Shown here one piece after another: positions 26,428 through 35,576 of a stretch of DNA of 56,723 bases. The position numbers and the translations under genes were made by a program. The notes beneath the pieces were generated by a model, which made no database searches, was not told the DNA's origin, and saw only the letters and a list, made by a program, of their open reading frames with translations. Each line of letters starts with the position of its first letter. The stretch's first letter is position 1. The DNA lies in the IMG/VR virus record IMGVR_UViG_3300037246_000975, positions 1-56,723 of that record; one strand, written 5' to 3'. This DNA comes from a virus. Its lineage: Duplodnaviria > Caudoviricetes.

Positions 26428-27098
26428 TCACCTCGTTCAAGGTCTTTGTTCGTTTCCAGATAAGGCACAACACAATCTGGATATTTCTTAATAATCTCTT
26501 TGGCTTTCAGATTGAAATGTTTCTTGTAGAGCTTATTAGGATTCCGCAACGGTCTATCATCTACCCAATTCCCCATTAGCATTGAATCCCGAAGTGTCAC
26601 CAAAGTCGTTATTGCTTTTGTGACGTGGGACATACCGCTATCGGAGTCTATATCTTCCCCCTCAAACCAATCCATAAGATGCCCCATAGCCGCATCATAA
26701 TACACAGTAGCACTAACCCCCATCGCCCGATAGTTATGCCGCCCATATTTTCTCGCCCCCTCCAGCATCCCTAATCCCATCTCAAACAACACCGCACAAG
26801 ACAGTGTGGACACCGGAGCCTTTTTCATCCCAATTATATCCTTCGGATTCGTCTCTTTAGACTCCTCCACAGGTGTTTCTACCTCACATTTCTCTGCGGA
26901 GGTTTTTGCTTCATATAACGCAGCCGCCGCTTCAGCCTCTTTCTCGGTGTTATATCTGTAAACCGTCCCACCGGTTCCATCCGGCTGAATATATCCAGTC
27001 ATGGCATTTGTCTCGCCTACAATATCCGCTATCCATTGGTTAAAATATTCAGGATCGCTGTAAAAATGTTTTCGCACTCTCGTTATTTCTTGTGTCAT
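26424..27098 (-). CDS. dATP/dGTP diphosphohydrolase-domain (DUF5664-like) protein with N-terminal extension
   Basis: TNPKD.IG.KK, GARKYGRHNYR, YYDAAMGHL..W.EGED.D.DSG.SH, DDRP motifs. Confidence 0.85.
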   Translation of the reverse strand: MTQEITRVRKHFYSDPEYFNQWIADIVGETNAMTGYIQPDGTGGTVYRYNTEKEAEAAAALYEAKTSAEKCEVETPVEESKETNPKDIIGMKKAPVSTLSCAVLFEMGLGMLEGARKYGRHNYRAMGVSATVYYDAAMGHLMDWFEGEDIDSDSGMSHVTKAITTLVTLRDSMLMGNWVDDRPLRNPNKLYKKHFNLKAKEIIKKYPDCVVPYLETNKDLERGE

Positions 27099-27652
27099 TT
27101 CAGTTCTTCCTTTCCTAATAAAACTTTACCTGTTAATTTCGGGATCTCAAGATAATAACATACAAAACCAGGTGCTTCATATTTACGGAAGATACCTACA
27201 CCCTCAATCCTGCCCAGCTTCTTCGCCTTCAATATAGTCTCGGGCAGATACACCTTGAATCCTTTTTGCATCCTATAAAGCGGAACCGACCCGAGCCATA
27301 TAATAGGCTGCTTATCCATTTCCTTTATCATACACGCCGTCTTAAAAGTCGTGTCCCACCAATTTGGGTGTACCACAGTTACAAACAAAAAGCCATTAAA
27401 ACCAACATATTGTTGCCTGACAAGAATAGGCTGGTCATTCAAGAAAAGCCTCTTTGCCAATATATAGTGGCCCCTTGGTTTCCCTTGTGAGAAATGAGGA
27501 CAAATCGAAATAGGTATCCTAACAGCTTCCATATCATTTTTGAATGAGTACATCTTTTTTGGGGGCAATATGTTTGGCAGTTTTTCGTAACCTTTGCTCG
27601 GATATATTATCGTTTGGTTTAGTATCCCACAGAAGTTTAATTTGGTTGTCAC
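27095..27652 (-). CDS. Hypothetical protein
   Basis: 185-aa ORF coupled to the DUF5664-like gene. Confidence 0.6.
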   Translation of the reverse strand: MTTKLNFCGILNQTIIYPSKGYEKLPNILPPKKMYSFKNDMEAVRIPISICPHFSQGKPRGHYILAKRLFLNDQPILVRQQYVGFNGFLFVTVVHPNWWDTTFKTACMIKEMDKQPIIWLGSVPLYRMQKGFKVYLPETILKAKKLGRIEGVGIFRKYEAPGFVCYYLEIPKLTGKVLLGKEELK

Positions 27653-27921
27653 TGAAATTATACTCTTTTAGTATATCTGAAAATCTTTTTTTGGTCATTA
27701 GTATTTCCTTTATAATCCAAATAATAACTGAAATGCTGACAGGCAGTTGGTCTGCAACAACCGTGTCCGGTAATCAAAGCCCACGCAGGGTTATATTTCA
27801 CCTTTCATCCGCATTGTCAGGCTACCACGTCACCGCCAGCATTATTCACTTTTCAAAAAGCCAGTGACGAATCACACGCCCTTAAAACCGACTATAACGG
27901 CTGGCCACACACGTGTCTTGC

Positions 27922-28458
27922 TTACGCAGTTGGTACTTCGGCTGGAACTTCTGCCGATGCTTCAATCGGAGCCGGGTCAGGATTCTCAGTCTGACCCTCA
28001 ACCGGTTCTGCGGAGGTCTCGGTGGTCGTGTTGATAACTTCTCGGATGTAGCAGTTGGTGAAATCCTTTTTGTACTTGTCGCTAAAGGACGTGCTGACCT
28101 TGACTCGGAGAACCATGTTGATAGATGCTTCAAGAACCTCAAAAGCCTCTTTAAGATCATCCAAAAGAGGATTTCCCGAAAGTATCCTTGCGTCGCCTTT
28201 CAGAATTCCATAAGCTGACGACCTGTAAAAATTAACAAGGAATTCCTTGCCGTTGAGTTTCTCGTCTTGGACATCCTCGATTCGGCCTGTGAGTTTGTAC
28301 CAAGCAGTCTTAACCCCGTCTTTCACTTTTTGGCCAGAATCAAACTTGACGATGGATACAATATAGTCCCCATCTGGCGGCATCCAATTACTGTAAACCT
28401 CTGACTCCTTGAACGCCTGATTATGCTCTGCGAGCAACTGTTCAAATGCTAAGTCCAT
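27922..28458 (-). CDS. Single-stranded DNA-binding protein (DUF669-like, putative)
   Basis: Likely start MDLAFEQ with AGGAG RBS; PPDGDY.V.I OB-fold start; acidic disordered tail; next to the Sak4-like gene. Confidence 0.65.
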   Translation of the reverse strand: MDLAFEQLLAEHNQAFKESEVYSNWMPPDGDYIVSIVKFDSGQKVKDGVKTAWYKLTGRIEDVQDEKLNGKEFLVNFYRSSAYGILKGDARILSGNPLLDDLKEAFEVLEASINMVLRVKVSTSFSDKYKKDFTNCYIREVINTTTETSAEPVEGQTENPDPAPIEASAEVPAEVPTA

Positions 28459-28483
28459 AGTCGTTCTCCTAAAAAATATGTTT

Positions 28484-29455
28484 CTATTGTTTTTTTGCCG
28501 CTTCAATGGCGGTATTATAATTCTTAACAAACACATCCCACGCATTGACAAGAGGGATTTCAAATTTCCGGCACATCCCTGGAACACCCCTGGTTTTTCC
28601 TTGTCGTTCTTCAGTTGTAATAGAATTAAGATAAAAGGTGGGGACGATTGTCTCCTTCACTTGTTTAATGATTTGGCCATTGCCAAGTTTCTTTGCAACA
28701 GTTTCCTTAGCCGTCTTACTAAGATAGTAAATCGTCAGCTTAAAATCGCTACTATTGACAATTTGAGCCGCCATAGTTGGAAACACGGAATCTCGAACAA
28801 CAGTTCTCTCTTTATGGGTCGCTGGATTAGTCTCTGTCTTTGTAATCATGTGTCCTACACAAGACCACACAAATCCAGCCTCTTGCAATTCTCGCAGCCT
28901 TGACCAGCACCGCTCCCGAATCATAGCCCACCCTTTCCCCTGACTCCCGAACTCTGTAATATCATCACAGCCTTTTTCTGTTTGTAATCGAAGTTTAATC
29001 ATTCCAATCCATTCATCTGTGGTATCAATAGAGATTCTACGAACCACGTGCTTCCCCGCCTTACCCTCGTCTATGAGTTTTTTGGTGACTTGCATATAAT
29101 GTTCATAATTTAGAATAGGAACTCGCATTGCTCTTGTTCCTACAACACTTTCTGCACTCCTGTCAAAATCCAGAATCATGCTATCAGGAATACTTGACTC
29201 AAAAGTGGTTTTGCCTTCACCACTTGGCCCGACAATATACAAATTCAAATCCTCCGCAGGCTTAGGGTTATAGCCGGTTTGGACTCCAAGTTTGGCCCAG
29301 TCGGTGGGGATAACCGGCACAGTATTAGGAGTCGCAGGCAACACAACATTCCCCTGTGGAGGTTTAGCTTTCACCGGAGCCGAGGCAGGAGGCATTACTC
29401 TTACTGGTATCTGTGGGGCTTTTTTTGGTTGCTCTGGAATAATTAAACTTGTCAT
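28484..29455 (-). CDS. AAA_24 / Sak4-like ATPase (single-strand annealing)
   Basis: Walker A VGPSGEGKTT, LDFD, Walker B ISIDT, GKGW, VGH. Confidence 0.8.
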   Translation of the reverse strand: MTSLIIPEQPKKAPQIPVRVMPPASAPVKAKPPQGNVVLPATPNTVPVIPTDWAKLGVQTGYNPKPAEDLNLYIVGPSGEGKTTFESSIPDSMILDFDRSAESVVGTRAMRVPILNYEHYMQVTKKLIDEGKAGKHVVRRISIDTTDEWIGMIKLRLQTEKGCDDITEFGSQGKGWAMIRERCWSRLRELQEAGFVWSCVGHMITKTETNPATHKERTVVRDSVFPTMAAQIVNSSDFKLTIYYLSKTAKETVAKKLGNGQIIKQVKETIVPTFYLNSITTEERQGKTRGVPGMCRKFEIPLVNAWDVFVKNYNTAIEAAKKQ

Positions 29456-29757
29456 AGTTTCTCCTTAATGTTAAAAAGGAATTTAGCTTTTTCAAGGAAA
29501 ACTGCTGTGTTATGGGTACAATCACAGCCGGGGCCAGTAAGACAATACACTCGTATTTGGCTTTTTTGGCCGTTACGCATATCTTCGATGCAAATCATAT
29601 CAGTTCCATACCGATTCTCAAATATATCCCCGTGCTCCCACTTATGTTGAGGTGGAGTCTCTAAATCTTTTTGGGTTTCCTCCAGTCTGGATAAAAGTTC
29701 ATTCCCGCTGGTAATCACCTTTTTGAGACTACTGATTGAAGATTGTAACTCAGTCAT
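29452..29757 (-). CDS. Hypothetical protein
   Basis: 101-aa ORF in the operon. Confidence 0.6.
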   Translation of the reverse strand: MTELQSSISSLKKVITSGNELLSRLEETQKDLETPPQHKWEHGDIFENRYGTDMICIEDMRNGQKSQIRVYCLTGPGCDCTHNTAVFLEKAKFLFNIKEKL

Positions 29758-29909
29758 AATTTTTCCCTTCTAATTTTTCTGCATCTTCAATGGCTTTCTC
29801 CGACGTACAACGTAACTCGTGGCAACTACGATTGTGACTGGCTACACCAAACCAATATGTCCTGCCATTACAACCTTGATAAGCCAAAGCAACCGGGCCT
29901 TTAATCACA

Positions 29910-30338
29910 TTAAACATTTTTTGCCTCTAATTCTTCGATTCTTTTCTTGTCTTTAGGACGCTGGCGATATGCTCCTCCTAATAATGTTCCAAGCGTACCG
30001 CCGAACAACATAGGAAGAGCTAAACCGACTGGGCCTTGTGGGGAAAACAAAGTTGTCTTAATCTCTTCCCCACCTAATATCCCAAGATTCGTTATATTTT
30101 TGTAGTATCCCCCTTTGATTTTCTCAATCGTAATCTTGAAATCAATAGCCGACCCGACTCGTTTAGCGTCAAATAGAGTTGTATATGGCATGAGCAATTT
30201 CGGTTCGACACCTGCCCACTCTGCCGCTTCCTCGTTCACATAGGTAGGGGTAATCACATCCTGAAAAGCGGAGCAACCAAACATCACCGCTAAAGCCATC
30301 ACCATCAGAACAGTCAGTGTTTTTTGTTTCTTGTTCAT
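29910..30338 (-). CDS. Lipoprotein with a C-terminal hydrophobic segment
   Basis: MNKKQK, hydrophobic stretch, MFG|C lipobox; C-terminal VGLALPMLFGGTLGTLLGGAY then RQRPK. Confidence 0.7.
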   Translation of the reverse strand: MNKKQKTLTVLMVMALAVMFGCSAFQDVITPTYVNEEAAEWAGVEPKLLMPYTTLFDAKRVGSAIDFKITIEKIKGGYYKNITNLGILGGEEIKTTLFSPQGPVGLALPMLFGGTLGTLLGGAYRQRPKDKKRIEELEAKNV

Positions 30339-30544
30339 TTTATCTCCTCAAACCCAAAAATCTTTGAAATTGATTCTGCTGATTCTGTAACAAGGTATAC
30401 CATACTTAGGGTAGTTACTCTTGTCCGAGCAGAGTTTTTATCGTCGGCGGGAATGTCAACAATGTCTTTTAGACTCTCAGTAGCAGGATTAATATAAACC
30501 GCACCACCCCCCGCCCAAGCTGTTAATTTTATCATTTTATTCAT
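30335..30544 (-). CDS. Hypothetical protein
   Basis: MIKLT...VYINP...V.ES.E.I pattern, FlbD-like. Confidence 0.55.
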   Translation of the reverse strand: MNKMIKLTAWAGGGAVYINPATESLKDIVDIPADDKNSARTRVTTLSMVYLVTESAESISKIFGFEEIK

Positions 30545-30771
30545 TTTCTACCTTTCATTTTTTGTAGAATTTTCCACATATAACCCGGACGGTATCCACA
30601 CAGACGACACCTTATGTATTTTCTTTCGCCAGGATAATGTTTGAACCAATGCTGCCCAAACGTAATTATCCAACACAAGCATTTCATTTTCTTATACTCC
30701 ACAGGAGAATAGGATACAGAGAATAATCGTAAGAATTATCCCAATTAAAAAACTTTTTTCTTGGAAATCCA

Positions 30772-32055
30772 TCAAACATCCTCCCCGCCAACATCAGGTT
30801 TACAATAAGTGTTAGATTCAACCAAATTGCCATCTTCGATGTAGAATCCGATTTTGTTGTCGTCGGATACCTTTTCAATCCAAACTTGGTAATCCTTCCC
30901 GGCCACTAATTCACCGATAGCGACCAAACTATCCTTGTCGAGACCATTACCGTCAATCCGCAACACTTTTAGTTTAGGATTCATAGCCATTGCAATAGCG
31001 ACACATATTTTAAGCCGTTTAGATTGACACTCTTGCTCCAACGGGAGACCATTGTACCCCAAGCCATCAGACAGAATTGAGAGTCCTTCTATAGGCATAA
31101 CCGTCTCGGCCAGCTTCTTGGCCTTCCGATGTTCAACCATCTTAATTTCATCCCCAAGGTCTCTGTAAGCCGAAGCGTGTATATCCGCATCCACCATCGC
31201 CGCTCTCTTCTGGTTATTTCGGCGAATGGCCTCATTCGTGGCAGACAGGGATTTCAATTTAGCCTCAACCTCCGCAGGGTCTTTCTCCTTACCTGGAGAG
31301 TTGCATCCTATTTCGTGGTCTAAGGAGGCTCTTAATCTCTGAAGATTTGTCAAACGGGTTTGCCAATCCTGAATTGATTTCTTGGCGGCGACTATATCCT
31401 TATGAATACCATCAAGTCGAGTTAGCCGAACTGCATTCTCCGTTCTTATTTTCTGGTATTGGTTATTGTGGGTTTGTATCTTTTTCAACTCAGCCAACAA
31501 AGATTCCGAGGATACTTCCTGTGGAGGGAGATTCGGCGTAGTGGTAATACTCTCGGCCTCGTGGAGTCTCCGTTCCTTCTCTTTCCGAACCTCAGAACGC
31601 TGTGCCTTGATGGTTTCAATTCTGTCGGTGAAATCTTGGAGATTTAAGCCGAGGAATTCCATCAGTGTGTTCCGCTGCTCGGCAGGCTGTTTGTTGAGAA
31701 ATGCCAGTGGATCGAAAGACAGATTCCCGACTACTTTATCGAGAAAAGCCTGTGGACTCCGAATCTCCGATTTAGTCTCGCCGGTAGTCTGAACGGTCAG
31801 GGTAGAGTTAGCCCCAAAGAACTTCCGTGTTACCTTGTATTCGCCCATATCAACCTCGACTTTTGCCCGAACTTCTCCGTCTTTTATGGGCTTTTTTGGC
31901 ATCTTGCCACCACACAATGCCGCCTCAATAGCATCGAGCACACTACTTTTACCCGCCGCGTTCTTGCCGGAGATAACAACTACATTACCGTCCGGAGTGA
32001 TTTCCACAGCGGATAACCTCTTGAAATTTTCAGCAATCAGTTTCAGTATTTTCAT
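30772..32055 (-). CDS. SMC/Rad50-like coiled-coil ATPase
   Basis: ENFKR, Walker A SGKNAAGKSS, long coiled coil, C-terminal VLRIDGNGLD (Walker B and D-loop). Confidence 0.85.
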   Translation of the reverse strand: MKILKLIAENFKRLSAVEITPDGNVVVISGKNAAGKSSVLDAIEAALCGGKMPKKPIKDGEVRAKVEVDMGEYKVTRKFFGANSTLTVQTTGETKSEIRSPQAFLDKVVGNLSFDPLAFLNKQPAEQRNTLMEFLGLNLQDFTDRIETIKAQRSEVRKEKERRLHEAESITTTPNLPPQEVSSESLLAELKKIQTHNNQYQKIRTENAVRLTRLDGIHKDIVAAKKSIQDWQTRLTNLQRLRASLDHEIGCNSPGKEKDPAEVEAKLKSLSATNEAIRRNNQKRAAMVDADIHASAYRDLGDEIKMVEHRKAKKLAETVMPIEGLSILSDGLGYNGLPLEQECQSKRLKICVAIAMAMNPKLKVLRIDGNGLDKDSLVAIGELVAGKDYQVWIEKVSDDNKIGFYIEDGNLVESNTYCKPDVGGEDV

Positions 32056-32444
32056 ATCTTAACTCCTAATTTTCTAAGACCTTTCCTCTCTTTTCGAGAT
32101 AAAAAAGCCCAAGAGGTTTGATATTCTCGCTTACACAACTTACATTTGTAAACTATATGGAGAAAAGCACCTGTTACCCCAGAGTAGTGAATACAGTCAA
32201 GTTTATCGTCGTGTAAACAATGTTGTTTCAGTCTGTGGATTTCTTTCCTGTGGCTATTCTCAACTACTTCGAGAGTAGTAATTCTTTTATCCATCTCGAA
32301 TTGATTTACGATAAGCCTTTTATCCCGAACAGAAATCTCTTCAGACATAAAGTTCTTGAGTACCATAAGCAGTTCTGTCAAATCTTCCTTAGACAACTGC
32401 ACATTAATCGGTTTCTTCTGGGGTTGTTTCTTTTTCTGTTTCAT
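32052..32444 (-). CDS. Hypothetical protein with C-terminal Zn-binding motif
   Basis: C.H...CKLC; GAGGA RBS near MKQKKK. Confidence 0.55.
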   Translation of the reverse strand: MKQKKKQPQKKPINVQLSKEDLTELLMVLKNFMSEEISVRDKRLIVNQFEMDKRITTLEVVENSHRKEIHRLKQHCLHDDKLDCIHYSGVTGAFLHIVYKCKLCKREYQTSWAFLSRKERKGLRKLGVKI

Positions 32445-32760
32445 TTTTTTCTTCCTCAACAATAAGTGTTTTCCTTACTTTAACTGGTTTTGGCAAAGGC
32501 GTAATACCAGCTTTGGCATTGATTTGTTCACAGAGTTGTTTGAATCTTTCAATACAAATAGCATCATCGCGTAAATAATAATGAGTTGCTTTTTCATCGT
32601 AGAAAGATAAACTTATGTTCAATTTCGGTTTCTCAGCCTTAAACGAATTAAGTTCACAAGAGATTGAACGATAATGAGATGATCTCTTTAGTTCTCTTAC
32701 TATCGTATCAGCATTATCAAACAAGAATTGGGCTAAACGTTTTATCGTTATAGCTGACAT
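32404..32760 (-). CDS. Hypothetical protein
   Basis: 118 aa; GGGAG RBS. Confidence 0.55.
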   Translation of the reverse strand: MSAITIKRLAQFLFDNADTIVRELKRSSHYRSISCELNSFKAEKPKLNISLSFYDEKATHYYLRDDAICIERFKQLCEQINAKAGITPLPKPVKVRKTLIVEEEKNETEKETTPEETD

Positions 32761-33779
32761 TTTTCTCCCTCTTTGATTTTATATTTAACATTGAACAGTT
32801 CCGGCCACCGGGATTTCGGTGACTCACACAAGTCGAAATAGATACACGGTGAATCATACAGGAAACAATGAAATCTCGACGGGTCTCGGCTATACATCTC
32901 TGGTTTATTACCCCGCTCGCTGAGGCTCCTTATATAAATCAATTCACCCATCAATTCTGGGGAATATAATGGCTCGTTGAACATTATAGCTCGGGACTTA
33001 ATCGCATCTGTATCCTTCTCGGCGTACCACTCTTTAACCCTGCGGAGGTAAGCATCTTCAACAGAGCAATTCCAAACCTTTGAGTTCTTATCGTCTTTAC
33101 CACAGAGCTTAATCCCCGGCTTCATAATCCCATCAAGAATAAACCCCTTAGCCCCCCGGTCATACTTGAAATCAGCTTGCCAACAATAATCTTCTACCAA
33201 GATTCGATATATTCTGGCTTGAGTTGACCAAGGAAATCCGGCGAAGATAACATCCAACGTTTTCATCCCCGTGCTCTTATGGTCACGAATCCAAACATCT
33301 GAATTCCGGGTATCCACAAGGAGTTTATCAATGGTTCCTTCTAAGACTATCCCGGCCAATATCCCATCCTTGATTGTCATGGTATGTTTTATCTCGGTTC
33401 CGATTGTCTTGAGGTAGCTTGGGGTTGGGTAGCGTTCCCAAAAGATATGAGCCATCGCCTCAGCCTTGTTGTATAGTGTCGTGAGTAGATTTGCCAACCG
33501 AAGCATTTGACCATCTAAATCTGCACCTTTATCAATCTGTGCCATCAAATCAACCTGCATAGTTCTTACCCACGCCAGTACATCATCCTTGCGTCCCGGC
33601 CCGAGCTTTTGGAACTTGTGGTAAATCTGCCCGAGCGTCGCACCTTCCTTTACCTGAACGCCTCGTAACTCAACGCCCCATCGCTCAGCAAAGAACCAAC
33701 ACCGCTCACAACCGTGTGCACAGGATATGCTGGACTGATGACACACAAATGGTTTCATTTGAATTTCTTCAATTTTCAT
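32748..33779 (-). CDS. PD-(D/E)XK nuclease (AddB/Cas4-like)
   Basis: GQIYH, EGTIDKL, IRDHKS, Q..IY; N-terminal Cys plus C-terminal C....CIYFDLC (Fe-S staple pattern). Confidence 0.85.
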   Translation of the reverse strand: MKIEEIQMKPFVCHQSSISCAHGCERCWFFAERWGVELRGVQVKEGATLGQIYHKFQKLGPGRKDDVLAWVRTMQVDLMAQIDKGADLDGQMLRLANLLTTLYNKAEAMAHIFWERYPTPSYLKTIGTEIKHTMTIKDGILAGIVLEGTIDKLLVDTRNSDVWIRDHKSTGMKTLDVIFAGFPWSTQARIYRILVEDYCWQADFKYDRGAKGFILDGIMKPGIKLCGKDDKNSKVWNCSVEDAYLRRVKEWYAEKDTDAIKSRAIMFNEPLYSPELMGELIYIRSLSERGNKPEMYSRDPSRFHCFLYDSPCIYFDLCESPKSRWPELFNVKYKIKEGEKCQL

Positions 33780-34099
33780 TTCTTGGCCTTTCGCATTCTG
33801 TTTAATCGGAGCAGTTCACGATAAAAAGCAGGCGGATTCTGCTCAAAATTATAAGCCTCACGGAAACAACTGAAAGAAGAATCAACTAAACGTCCTGGAC
33901 ATCCATCACAATGTTCAGCACTCGTAATATAGTTACAGAAAAAACAATTAGATGACAGAGGACTCGCTGTAAATCCATTATCTCTAAGCCATCTTCTTTT
34001 GAGTTTTTCAACATCCTTTCCTTTGACCCACACCTTTGCAATCCACCGCCACATCCGAAGGCACAATGTCCAAGTTTGATTCAGTGTTCTTTTTTTCAT
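33776..34099 (-). CDS. Cys-rich hypothetical protein
   Basis: MWRWIA...CFFC...CDGCP motif. Confidence 0.6.
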   Translation of the reverse strand: MKKRTLNQTWTLCLRMWRWIAKVWVKGKDVEKLKRRWLRDNGFTASPLSSNCFFCNYITSAEHCDGCPGRLVDSSFSCFREAYNFEQNPPAFYRELLRLNRMRKAKK

Positions 34100-34428
34100 T
34101 TTCTGACTCCACTGGGTTTAATTTGAAGGATATTTGCTACTTTGCTTATGAATCGAGACCACAACGAGCCTCGTTTCTGTTTAGTTTCTTTTTTGTGCAC
34201 TGCCAGAGCTTTCTTTATCGCAGAACATTTCGGGAGTCCCCATGTAAGTTTCAAACTACTCTTTGTCTCGTGCATCGCTATCCGTTTCCTGATTTTATTA
34301 GGAACCCTAACCTCGAATGGTACTTTAGGATTTTTTTTGTAATCGCCCATCAGTCTATCTCGATTCCTTCTAATATTGCTCGGTAGTTTGCTAACTCGGT
34401 ATAGCCGTTCATTGCCTGACCTTGGCAA
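34096..34428 (-). CDS. Basic hypothetical protein (start uncertain)
   Basis: ORF track; co-oriented with neighbours. Confidence 0.4.
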   Translation of the reverse strand: MPRSGNERLYRVSKLPSNIRRNRDRLMGDYKKNPKVPFEVRVPNKIRKRIAMHETKSSLKLTWGLPKCSAIKKALAVHKKETKQKRGSLWSRFISKVANILQIKPSGVRK

Positions 34429-34739
34429 GAAACTAAAGCCTGACCGGAATCAGATGCTTTTTTCGTTGCTACCAGCTTACGGAGAATTCCTTTGAGATAC
34501 CCAGTATAGGTAAGCTGTACTTCACAACCCTCACAAGGGTCACAATTACATTCATTTATTTCATCTGGATACTGAACGCAGGGCATTTTTCCATCGACTC
34601 GGCAAGGCTTTGTATTCTTTTGATTCTCTTCAGAAACATCATCAATCAACACATCAGCGAATTCACGAATGCAAGCCCAACAAGGCTCATCATCTTGGGG
34701 GTATGTATCGTGCATTTTACAATAAGAATACTTTAACAA
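34350..34739 (-). CDS. Cys-rich hypothetical protein
   Basis: First ORF after the 34777-34805 promoter; AAGGA RBS. Confidence 0.55.
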   Translation of the reverse strand: MLKYSYCKMHDTYPQDDEPCWACIREFADVLIDDVSEENQKNTKPCRVDGKMPCVQYPDEINECNCDPCEGCEVQLTYTGYLKGILRKLVATKKASDSGQALVSCQGQAMNGYTELANYRAILEGIEID

Positions 34740-34776
34740 TTTCTTCCTTTCAAAATACTATCTTATTCAAAACAGT

Positions 34777-34805
34777 ATTATAGCAAATCTCAAACTACAA
34801 GTCAA
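34777..34805 (-). promoter_or_regulatory. sigma70-type promoter
   Basis: TTGACT-17-TATAAT with TGn extension. Confidence 0.65.
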
Positions 34806-34824
34806 GTATTATTCTGAAAAAATA

Positions 34825-35106
34825 TTAAGTTTTTATCCAAGGTTCTCGGGGTCGAAATATGATATATATTTCGGTGCTAAATATATGAGCAATATCATTC
34901 AACTGTGTGAGAGTTAGATTATCCTGAACAATATCCTTTTTAGGAATATTTGTCATTAACAGAGGAGCTAAATCACTCCAGTCCATATCAAAATCCCGAA
35001 GAAGTAACTCAACAGAACACTTTAATTCATTTCGCATTCGCTCATAGCTTGCAGCTTTCAACCTCCGCAGGACTTCTTCACTTGTAGCTCGGTTAGGATC
35101 AACCAT
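34825..35106 (-). CDS. Putative XRE-like helix-turn-helix protein
   Basis: 'MDWSDLA...NLTLTQLNDIAHIF..EIYI' resembles an XRE HTH C-terminus; GAGGTG RBS. Confidence 0.5.
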   Translation of the reverse strand: MVDPNRATSEEVLRRLKAASYERMRNELKCSVELLLRDFDMDWSDLAPLLMTNIPKKDIVQDNLTLTQLNDIAHIFSTEIYIIFRPREPWIKT

Positions 35107-35328
35107 TATAACCACCTCGCAAAAGATTGGGCATAAGTCTGCGGGGTTTTTCTATGGACTTTTGCTGCTTACGTTTTGTAGTCACGGGATTTCCTTTCTC
35201 AAAAACGGAAGCCCGCTGGAGTGGTAGTTGCCACCCCAACGAGCGTCCTGCGGAGGTTAGGGTAAGGGGCAAAGTATCCGTTCTTTATAAGGCAATGTGT
35301 TTTAACATCTTTGCCCCTGTCAACCTTA

Positions 35329-35356
35329 ATTATAGCACAATTCAACATAAAGTCAA
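35329..35356 (-). promoter_or_regulatory. sigma70-type promoter
   Basis: TTGACT-16-TATAAT with TGn extension. Confidence 0.6.
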
Positions 35357-35365
35357 GCCTTATTT

Positions 35366-35575
35366 TCAAATTTGTTCCCGATATTTGAAGGGGCAGTGAG
35401 GAACTGCACCACCAAGATCAATCAGGTGATAATCCCACCAATCTCTATTACATTCCCAATCTAACCCTTCCCCTAATGCCCAAGGGCATTTCTCGTGATA
35501 ATAAGCACAAACACTCCACCAATGTCGGCCTCTTGGGTCTCCTTTGATAATATAATTTCCATTACTATCAATCAT
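35366..35575 (-). CDS. Small Cys/Trp-rich hypothetical protein
   Basis: 69-aa ORF. Confidence 0.5.
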   Translation of the reverse strand: MIDSNGNYIIKGDPRGRHWWSVCAYYHEKCPWALGEGLDWECNRDWWDYHLIDLGGAVPHCPFKYREQI

Positions 35576-35576
35576 T

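Noticed and set aside
24673-27098. 2-aminoadenine (Z) genome system
   Set aside because: HD and DUF5664-like genes are present, but no PurA/PurZ-like ORF is visible in a nearly complete genome.
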